Positions 39,401 to 49,230 of a DNA stretch of 64,000 bases are shown here, in pieces (positions within the stretch are counted from its first letter, which is position 1; each line of letters opens with the position of its first letter). The position numbers and the translations under genes are program-made. The stretch comes from Lama guanicoe (taxonomy: Eukaryota). The stretch covers positions 6,099,957-6,163,956 of the forward strand of contig MU053881.1 in NCBI GenBank assembly GCA_013239625.1, in the 5' to 3' direction. The notes under the pieces were generated by a model that had not been told where the DNA came from, did no database searches, and was given only the letters and a program-made list of their open reading frames with translations.

Positions 39401-42400
39401 CTTCAATTCCTTCTCCCATTAGGCCCAAGGAGTGGTATTATTAGACCTATTTCTCAACTGATGAAGAGGCAGACTCAGAGAGGTTAAGGATCTTGACCAA
39501 AGCCACACAGCCTGAGCGTGTGCAATGAGAATTAAATCCAGACCTAAATCCAAGGCCTGTGCTCAGACTAGAGGGGACCTGATGTCACCAACGCAAGGAG
39601 CGCATCCTTCCCAGCTTTCTTCAGCACCCTGCAGCATGTTAAATACCTAACACACACACAGCGTATCACTGATTCAGTAATTACTACTACTCAATTATTT
39701 ACTGAGTGTCAGCCACAATGATAGCTATCCTGTGTGCATTATCTTACCTTAAGAAGTAGATATCTTTCATCACCCCATTATACAGATGGGGAAAAGTGAG
39801 GTACAGAGGGTTGAAGGTTAAGGAATGTGCTGAACAGCTACTCAGCAGCACATACAGGATTCAGACCAAGGTCTCTCCTATGCCAAAGTCCTTGCATTCA
39901 AGCACCACAGAAGCCACCTGGCTCCTCTCACTGATACCCAGATGGATACACTGAGGCACAGAGAGGGAGGTCATCTAACGAGTCAGTGATAGAGCCAGAC
40001 ACCAACCCAGGCATCCTGAGCGTCCTTCTGCCCTGTGGCCCAGGGGAGGCTTGTCTTCAGCCCCATCCTTGGCATAGCAGCATTTTAAATGGGCCTGAGG
40101 CCTTATGCCATTTAGATATGAAAGCGAACAAACCCCAAACATCTCCTAGCCACCACCAGCAGGACTGACTGAAGCCCAAGGGGCCTGCTCACCCACTGAT
40201 GTTCCAGAACAAATGCCTCTACCCAGACCCAAGGTGCCAACAGCAGGCCTCGGCCCTTCTTGAGGCCCAGTGACTCTCCTCCAGCCTAAGTCACACTAGC
40301 AGGGCCCTTGGCATTACCCTTCCCTAAGTGTTTGGCCATGGGTCCTTATGAGTGGGGGGCAAACCCAACCCAGCATGGGGCATACAGATGTTCGTCAGAC
40401 AACTCCTGACCTCAGATAGGAAACAATCAACACCTCCCCTCTCCCCTGTCACCAGGAGGTGGCAGTGCCATGGGCAAGGGGAGCTCACTCCACTGACAGG
40501 GGGGCAGAGGCCAGGGAGCCCTCCCAGAGCAAGAGCCACAGAGACTAGGTCTTGAAATGCAGTCAAGATTTCCAGATCACTGGGCTCCACACTCTCCTCT
40601 GCTCCATACCCTTAGGAAGTAGGAACTATTTTGTTGGTTGTTTTCTTCCCATTTCATATGTGCAGAAGCTGAGACCAGAGAGGTTAAGTAACTTGTCCAA
40701 GGTCACACAGCAAAGACAAGGCAGAGAGTCTTTTTGAACCAAGCTGGCAGACTCCAGAGCCTTTAAAGTGCTGTGTAATAAGCCTGAGACCTAGAAAGGG
40801 TGAACTAGAGTTGAATCCCACTCTTCCTCTCTCTTGCTGTGTGGCCAAAGGCAGATTATTTCACGCCTCTGAGCCTAACTTTCTTCGTCTGTAGAATTCC
40901 ATAATTCCAGGCTGGTTGTGAGGCACTGCCTAGACGCTGTGAGAAAGCACTGGTCACATAATGAGCCCACAATACCTGGTGGCAGCTACTGGTATAGTTG
41001 TTAGCCTGACGCTGCTGCACTCTGATTTCCCACACCTGCTATAGGACGAGGTCAGAACCAAAAGGTCCTGCTGAGGACAGAAAGTCTCCTCTCTATCCCC
41101 CTCCATCTCCCTTTGGGGGCCCAATGTGCCCTCACAGCCACTCAGGGTCGGGAAGAGACTGCGCTGCGGCCCTAACATGCTCCCCAGAGCCTGCTGGACA
41201 CTGGCCATGCCAACCAAAAGAAATTTTTTAAATCCACCTCCTTGTCTCAGAGCAGGTGACACTCCTGGGTTGCAGGAAGGCTGGCAGGGTGCCCTCCCAC
41301 CACCAGGCTGGAAAAGAAGGTGCGAAGAGAATGCTGAATACCCCAGGCCCCACCTCCCAAACACCCACCTCTGGTTTTGAAACCCTTTCAGACCAGAACA
41401 TTCTAGGATGATCAGGGCCTGCAGACACCAAGACACAGAGACACCCACCTAGCCTCAGATCATCCCCAACCACAGGGATCCTATCATGGGGATCCAGCTG
41501 ACTCTCTCACTGAGGACCCCCTAGCATGTCTTTGGAGATTCCACTTTCTCATTAGTATACTTTCTGAATAATTTCAGAATTTCTGAAAAAGTTTGCCTGG
41601 TGTGGTGGAAGGAACACAAGATCTTAATTCCAGAGTCTTGAGTCTTAGCTGTGGCCTTGGACAAATCCCTTCCCTGCTCTCTGCCCCAGTTTCTCTGCCT
41701 GCGAAGTAGGCACGTTATTCCCTCCTACTCCAGCCTCCCTTGTAAAATGGTAGGAAGAATGAAAGGACCTTCCTGATGCAAGGGCCGCCTTGAAATTCTG
41801 ACATGCAGCACTTTTCCACCAAAGGCAGGTCACGTGTCTCCAGCCTCGACTTCCTCCTCTGTCAGACGGGAGGAGGGGGCTCCTTGCCTCCCAGCCCTTC
41901 AGGGCACAGCGTGGGAGAGGAAGGGCGGGACTGAAGAACTCCTGTTTTCTGGGCACTCTCCCTCTCTAGACTGGGAGCCCCTTGAGGCCAGGAGTGGACC
42001 AGCCTTGCTCCAGAATCAGCAAGAAGCAGGCTCCCAGCATTTACTGAATGAACACCTGACTGGACAGATGGACGGATGGATGAATGAGGTCGCTGCTTTA
42101 AGAAATTAAAAGTGTTATCCAACAACAGCTTCCTATCCTCCTCGAGTCTCTGAGGACTCTTGTCTCTGGCTTCCCCATCCTGGCCAGCTGAAGAAAGGGT
42201 CTAAACCTGACTGAGGAGGCCAGGTGTCGGGAGGTCAGGCCTAGACGGGGCGTGGAAGGAAACTTCCAAACTTGAACAAGTCGTGCAGTGAGGGAGGAAG
42301 CAGCGCTCCGGGAGGGAGGGCCGAGGGGCCGGCAGAAGCCCCCCCTGCCCCCAGCCGTCTCACGCCAGGCCTGTCTGGGGAAGGCCAGGACCTAGCCGAG

Positions 42401-45400
42401 CCTGGCGGCAGGAACAATGTCAGGCAGGTGCCGGCAGAGCTGCGAGAAAGGCCCAGCCCGGTGTCATTGTCAGCGCTCAGCCAAGTGCAGAAAAGCAATT
42501 TACTGGTCACGCCGCTTGCTCCCCTTGGAAATTTTTAAAATTCTTCCGATTTGAGCTACCCATGGTGTCCCAAGTCGTGTGGAGAAGGGATTTTATTAAA
42601 TTCCCAGCTTCCCGTTCCCGGGGTTGCCGGCGGGGGAGGGCGGGGCACACCACATTGTGGGGGGCAGTGTCTGGCTTTGGATGTGCTCACGGAAATGTGG
42701 CTGGGGGCAGGGGGCCCATTTGGGGCTTGGTGGCTGATGGATGGGAAGAGGGCAGAAGCCCAGAAACTCCACTGCTAAGACTGGACCAGTTACCCAAAAC
42801 CTGGAGGTAGGGGAAGGAAGGGCATAGGTGTGCAGAGTTCCCAGCAGAGGGATGTGTCCTCCTGGAGGATGAGAATTTGAAAAATCTCTTCCACACCCAT
42901 CATATACCATTTCAGCCTCAGGGCCACCCATGTCACAAATGCTGAAGCTAAGCTTCACAGATCGCAGAGGTCTACAGATAGGGAAAGACGGAGCTGGAGT
43001 TCAGGCCCAGACCACAGGATGGCAAAGCCCTGAGCCCTTCCCACTGTGCCGGGAGGCCCCCCCAGGCCCTGCTCACCAAGCGTGCTCTCACTACCACCCT
43101 CCAAAGGCACTCTGCCTGGGAAGTAGCTGCTCTCCCGGAATCTGCCCGATGGTTCAGCGGGGAGCCGACTCCAGGCAACTAGCACCCGGGGCCCACCCCC
43201 TCATCTTTAATAACCACTTCACCGTGTCCCTAGAGCATAAAGGAGGACTTGGCCTGCCAACTTTGCCTCACCTCCCTAGGGTAGTGTAGCTTTATCTTTC
43301 AGCAATCATGGGTGCTTCCAAAAATCTGTGGGGAGCTGAGAATCCTCTCCCAGACACAGCACATTTGGGCACTATTTTGCACACAATGTTTCAGGGACCA
43401 CCCCTCCCCCATAATCCCATCCTTAGGTATTCTAAGGGTGCATAGACCATGGGTTAAAAACATGTCAGTCCTAAGGCAGTTTGGAAGGGGAAAGTCTGTA
43501 AAGGAAGCAGGGAGGTAGGAGAGGGGAGAGAGGAGGCTCCCTCACCTGCTTGAAGGCCTAATCCAGATGGACCACCCAGCTCTTTCCCCAAGAGGCTGGC
43601 TCTAGCTATGGCCAGGATATGGAGGTGGGACGGTGGGAAGCAGAGTTTAGGTTCCCTCCCTTGCATTCCCCTAGAGAATACAAAGACCACACAGCAGCCT
43701 CCCTCGGGCCCTGCTTCAAGGACCAGGAGGCAGCAGGCAGTAAGAGGCTTGGGCAACAAGGTCCAAAGCCATCTCTCCACTTCATGCCCATTTCATCGTC
43801 CCCACCCCCAGACTCAGCAATCAGGAAAGGAGCACTCACCCAGGTCAGACAAGCAGTCCCCCAGGGTGACCCTGGGGCCTGCCCTCTTGCTTGGGGACTC
43901 AGCTGCAAACCAGGCAGAACATGCCTGGCACTGGCCTCTCTCTCTGACACCAGCCATTCCCTACCCCACCCCCACCACCACACAGGGTCACATCTGCTTT
44001 GGCAAACAGCCAGTCTTAAGTTACTGACTCCAGTTGTATTGATTCAAAGAGTCACTGGGGACCCCAGCCTGGCCAACAGAAGGAAAGAACCTATCAGTCT
44101 GTCCATCCACCCTTCCAGTCCCCAGCCCCAGCTAGCGGCCCCCAGCTCAGTGCCCATCCTGATGGTAACAGTTCTCTCCCAGGAGTGGCAGAAGAGATAA
44201 GCAGACCCACCAACACAGCCACCGTGCCCTACTGCAAGAGATGCTGAGTGTCAACAGCCATCAACACACATACCTGGGAGAACTCAGGGCTCTCCCTGGG
44301 CATCTCCGGAATCCAAGAAGCTAAGGCCTAAGCATCCTCTCTAACCCTGTAAGGACACCTGCCTTCAACCCGGGGGGAGGGGGCAAATAATCTCTATTGG
44401 CCCCAGTCCAGCTACTCTGAAGGCCCCTCCCTCAGAGCTCTAGCTGGGTGGGGGTCTAGGGCAGCTGGCACTTCCTATTCCCTTTACAAACCCCCCTCCC
44501 CAAGCTGAGGCAGCCTGGTCTGGTTCTAATCGGGGCTGAAGTCGCTCCCTCAGTCCCTCTTCTCCACACCCCCCCAACCCTTTTCCTTCATTTCCACGGC
44601 TTTGGAAGCCCCAGCGTTCCAACTGTCTGCGTGCCAAGACCTTCCCGAGTCTGAAAGCTGCTGAAGTAACAGATCAGATTTTAGCAAGTGCTTTCCAGGC
44701 TGAGCGCCAAGCCCTCTTCTGATTCAGGAGAGCGAGTGAGCGGGGAGCGAGGCGGGGAACCAGCCGAGGGCTGCACCACCTTGGGCAAGGGTGTGCGGAG
44801 CGCGGCCCGTTCTTCGGGAGCCGCCTCACAGGCAATGGTCCCTCGGCCCAGGCGCCCCTCTACTCCCTCTCACCCCAGTCTCCCTTCCTAGTTCCGCATC
44901 TCTCTCTTTCTCTCCCACTCCCACTCTCTCTCTCTCTCCCTCTTTCACTCTCTTTCTCTCTCAATGCTGCAAACGCCTTTGAAACCACAGAGTAATTTAC
45001 AACTCAAGCTTTCTCCCTGGACTCGAAATCCACTCGGCTGAAAGAAGTCTTTTTGTTTGGAAGAGCAAGCGGAGATGTTAAGGGATGGTTGGCAGAGAAA
45101 ATTCCTACGTCCCAACTCCTCACCGGCTGCGGGCCGGGGGGCTTGGAGCCCGGGACATTATAGCGGCTAAGCCCGCCGGCTCCGGAGATCTCCTTCCAGC
45201 CGAAGCCGACAGGGGCCGAGCCAGCCTGCGCCAGACTGAGTCCCGAAGCTGAGCCCCTTGCCCTTGGCTGGTCCCCAGCCCGCGCTGGGCGCGTGCGGAG
45301 TCGCCCTTCCGCGCCCTGGGAACAGGTGCACCGGGCTCGGAGCCCAGGAGGGGTGGGGCACGGGGAGGGGGCGCGGCCCGGGGGAGGGGGGTCGGCATGT

Positions 45401-45447
45401 ACCGCGAGGCAGGGGCCGGGGGAGGTCAGAGTCAGGAGCCCACGTAC

Positions 45448-45484
45448 CTGTACCTGGAAGCACAGCAGCAGGAAGTGTAAACAC
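45448..45484 (-). CDS. FGF18: FGF18 coding exon 2 (CLHFLLLCFQVQ)
   Basis: Acceptor ctctctcccgcag, 37 nt, donor gtacgt; phase matches exons 1 and 3; hydrophobic signal peptide core. Confidence 0.97.
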
Positions 45485-45655
45485 CTGCGGGAGAGAGATG
45501 GAGAGGGTCAGTGGGACTGGAGGGAGGGGAACCCCCGTAGAGACAGACAGATACGCAGTTAGAAAGTCAGAAGAATGGCCCGGCGGGCAGACAGAGCCAC
45601 AGGCACAAGGACAGACGGCCAGGAGGGGTGGGCAGCCGCGCGCGCGGGCGCTTAC

Positions 45656-45687
45656 AGGCAAGTGCAGGCGGAGGGCGCTGAATACAT
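45656..45687 (-). CDS. FGF18: FGF18 coding exon 1 (MYSAPSACTCL, start of signal peptide)
   Basis: ATG at 45687-45685 translates MYSAPSACTC-CT, then donor gtaag; 32 nt; matches the FGF18 N-terminus. Confidence 0.97.
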
Positions 45688-45714
45688 CGCTGGGCGGGGG
45701 GGAGGCGGCGGCTC

Positions 45715-45732
45715 CTAGCCCAGCCTGCACAT
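45715..45732 (-). other. uORF MCRLG*, in frame with and 45 nt upstream of the FGF18 ATG
   Basis: ATG TGC AGG CTG GGC TAG read directly; translation unproven. Confidence 0.7.
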
Positions 45733-45763
45733 GTCCGCTTCGCGCGGCCGGGACCGGGCGCCT

Positions 45764-45802
45764 CCGCCGCCGCCGCCGCCGCCGCCGCCGCTGCTGCTGC
45801 TG
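45764..45802 (-). repeat. (CAG)4(CGG)9 compound triplet repeat in the FGF18 5'UTR
   Basis: + strand (ccg)9 at 45764-45790 followed by (ctg)4 at 45791-45802. Confidence 0.95.
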
Positions 45803-46407
45803 CTCCCTCCTCGCCGGCTGCTTCTGCTGCAGACTCTGCTGCTCCGGGGCGCTCCGCGGCGCGCCCTGCGGCATCAGCGCCCCGCGCGGCTCCTCCCGAG
45901 CGCTGCGCCCTCCGGGCTGGCGCGGGGGCTGCGGGGCGGCCGCCGCTGTGCAGGAGGCACCGGCCGGTGCGAGGAAGCTTGCTCACTGCTGGCCGGCCGT
46001 CCGTCCAGGCGTCCGCGGGAGGCTGGCTGCCTGGCTCACTTCGAGGACAGCATGCGCGGCGGGGCTGGAAGCTGGGACGCGCTCTCTGGACAGGGCGCGG
46101 GTCTGTACGGGGCCAGGGGTCAGCGCTCCGGGGCCGGGGCGCGCGGCTGCAGCACGAACGCGTCACGGCCGCTCCGTCTGGGCGCCCGCCGGTTCATGTC
46201 TCCTCCTCCGCGTCTCTCCGGCTGTGCGCATCGCCGCCTCCCACCACTGGCTGGGGCCGGGGCGTTTTCTACGCGCGGGCGGCGAGGGGGCGGGGGGCCG
46301 GGGGCGGGCCCGGGCCCGAGCCGGCACAATGAGGATGCGGGGCCTGGGGGCTCCCCCCTCGGGGCGCGGCCGGACGGGCGCTCAGCTCGCTTGGGTGCGC
46401 CGCGCCC

Positions 46408-46416
46408 ACATCAAAG
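46408..46416 (-). promoter_or_regulatory. TCF/LEF site CTTTGATGT in the FGF18 proximal promoter
   Basis: Perfect consensus about 185 bp upstream of the inferred TSS, overlapping TGTGGG; FGF18 is an established direct Wnt/beta-catenin target. Confidence 0.8.
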
Positions 46417-47029
46417 GCGGCTCTGCCTGCTTGCCTGCCTGTCGCGGCCTCTTCACCGCCTCCTCCTCCTTCTCCTGGCGGCTCCGGGTTGGAGGGAGGT
46501 GCTCAGACTCTCGGCGACGGGACCGGCAGCTCCGAAGGGGCAGAGCCCGCGAGGCTGGAGCTGGTGAGCTCTGGAAGCCGTCGGAACTCTGTTCCTGGGC
46601 GCAGTGACCCGCGCCACGGCGCAAACGCTGCCGGAATTGGGCAGGCACCGGTCCCCAAGAATGCAGTTAGGTGCGGAACGTCCTTACTCGCCTACATTCG
46701 CTACTCGCCTACTTGCACTCACTGACACCCACCAGCGCTCGAGTGGGGAGCAGGGAGGGGGCGGGTGAGGCCCAGCCCTCGGGGCGGCTCCACTGAAAGA
46801 GGGGGCGCTTTTAACCCGCCGCGTGAATCCACGCGGGACCGTGGCGTGTTCCAGACGCCCTCTCCGACGTTTGGCCACTCTAAGTGAGCCCCTTTCCAAT
46901 CTTCGTCGCTGCCATTGAGGGGGAGGGGTCTCCAGGGCGTCTCTCATTCACCACCGCCTCCCACCCCCGTCGATTCTGGAGATCCCAGCTCGGCTCTCCG
47001 GTAGGCGAGCCAGCTTTAGAAACGCACGG

Positions 47030-47043
47030 CTGCCACCTAGTGG
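47030..47043 (-). promoter_or_regulatory. CTCF core motif CCACTAGGTGGCAG upstream of the FGF18 promoter
   Basis: Matches the CCASYAGRKGGCRS consensus, at the CpG island edge. Confidence 0.65.
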
Positions 47044-48466
47044 TCCCGAGGCTTCGCTGCAGCCCAGGCTGGTCGGACTATACAGGCCAGGGAGGAGCCA
47101 GCAGGACTCTGGTCAGCGACCACTCTAGGCCCTCTTCCGGCCTCCTGGCTGAGATTTGCTACTCTTTGCATGCTAGGCAGTTTGACGCTTTTAACTAGCT
47201 CCCTTCTGAGGACATCTCTTCTAACAGCCTCTGCCTCTTCAGAGGTATCACTCCTGTCCTTCCCACCAATCTCAAAATGTAGGTGTTCTTGTCACACGCA
47301 CAACAGCCTCACTCTGTCTAGAGCCCCAGACAGCCAGGCTCTGCTTTGGACTGATGTTAAGGGGAAAGTCATAGTGGGGAAAAAACTGGAGAAGCTCAAA
47401 AAGCAAAAGTCAGGAATCCAGACTATTTGGTTAAAAACTTCCTGTGTCACTGGCTACGGCTGATACTCCCATTTCACTTCTAGAGAAAGTGAGGTAGGTG
47501 CTGTCACAGTGCTGCTTCCTAGAGTCATGAAAAATGAAATATCAGCAACTGTTCTGATTATCAAACCTCTCTAACACGCTATTTTAAGTTCCCTTTTGAA
47601 GGTGAGGATCTCTTAAACAGATAGCCTCTGTTTCAGCATTGGACACAAGTGCAGGAAATTTTTTCAAAACTAGGTACTGAATTATGGGGAAAGTTCTTGT
47701 GTGAATCACCAGGCTGAATTTACTTAGGCATTCTCATTACCAGAACTGGTAATCCCAAGATAGGATGCAATGACCAACCACAAGACAGAGTTGGACAGAA
47801 ATGCTCCCCTTGCGGCCTGAGTCATCGCCACCATCCTTAATCTTACTGTGTAAAGACCTGATAGATCGGTCAAGAGGTGGTTTTGGCTTATTTGCTAACG
47901 TGGGGTGTTTGAAGCATCTCCTGGCTAAGGATCATACTTCCAGTATTCTATACTATTCCTGGTTTCTATTAGTTTTGAATGGACTGGGTATATAATTATT
48001 TATGTTCTAAAATGCTTGCAGTTGTTTTCAAGGCTCAGATAGTGTTTGTTTATTTCACAATAAAACTATCACCCAAAATAAGATTGACCCAAAAATCCAG
48101 TCAAGAGAATTTCTGAGTATGAGCATAAACTCGAGTCGGAGGTCCTGGATCTGAATATTGCCTCCAACATTGACTTCCATAAGTTCCAGCAAGCAGAAGT
48201 GAGAATCTGCTTCTTCATCTGCAAACCATGGCTAAGAACAGCAGCAACTAAGAGTTGTTGTGAGTTACCAAATGAAATCATTCAGCCTGGCACACAATGA
48301 GGCTCCCAAGGTTTTAGCTATTATTAATAATCCTTGTTACGGCTTTCAGGTTAGTATCACACCACTTTTTTCTTCACCATTTCATGAAGTAGGGAGACAG
48401 GATCATTCTCAATTTACTGCTGAAGAGAATCTGTCTTTTGACTCCGAATCCTATTTTACCACATAA

Positions 48467-49230
48467 TTTTTTTCTTTATTTTTAAAAAGTTTTATTCTGC
48501 AGCTTTAGAAATTTGAGTTTTTTTATAACAACTGCAAAAGAAATTCAATCACACCTAATGACTGAGAAACAAAATATAGTGATGTGTTACCTAGACAGAA
48601 ACCGTGCTGAGGTGCTGTAGTAAACTATTAGTGAAAAAAAAAAAGTACACTTAAAGGCACAGCATATCACAAATTACAGAAGGGATACTCTGTAAGAACT
48701 TACTGTAACTAGAGAATTCTGAGTAACTATCTTTTAAATGCAGCACTTAAAAATGTAATAACTCTGCACTCTTTTCTTTAAAAAAAAAACAATCTTAGGT
48801 GTGTCATAGAAACGCTGCTTTATTGCTGCAGAGGTCAAAGTTCAAGGCTCAAGACGTACAGGAGAGATTACAAAGGTAGCCTTAAGAAAGTTGGTTTGGT
48901 TTATTATAAAAAAAGTACAGTTCATAACAGTTAATTTACAAACAAAGAACAAAGTGGTATGCATACATTCTGTACAAGTACAAGCATACTTAAAACATCA
49001 GAATTTTCAAATGCATGGCCAAGGAGAAAAGAAAACAACCATTGCCCCTTGCAAAAAAAAAAAAATCACACCATTATTTTCTTATGGGTGATTATACATT
49101 TCTGAAACCACTGAGTCCACAAGTTACTCCATCTTTTTCATGATCCAGGTGCACACAAAAGCCTTAAGAACTTACCACAACTTCCTTTTCCCCATCATTC
49201 ATTCCTTCAAACCTATCAATTTACCATACA
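48467..49230 (-). pseudogene. Probable 5'-truncated retrocopy made only of an mRNA 3'UTR (parent gene not identified; right boundary approximate)
   Basis: Minus strand reads as a U-rich 3'UTR ending ...GCAGAATAAAACTTTTTAAAAATAAAGAAAAAAAA; internal AATAAAs; not like MIR/L2/L1; flanked by MIR-like and L2-like remnants; no convincing TSD. Confidence 0.6.

Larger units (their letters stand above)
45100..47150. promoter_or_regulatory. FGF18: CpG island covering the FGF18 promoter, 5'UTR and exons 1-2 (TSS inferred near 46225)
   Basis: Very high GC and CpG density, GC boxes (e.g. ggggcggg near 46300); TSS inferred from recalled similarity to the human FGF18 leader. Confidence 0.9.

Noticed and set aside
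45258..46607. 449-aa + strand ORF, and the 278-aa ORF at 45731..46567, antisense to FGF18
   Set aside because: Low-complexity Arg/Gly/Ala/Pro translation expected from stop-poor CpG-island DNA; no domain recognised
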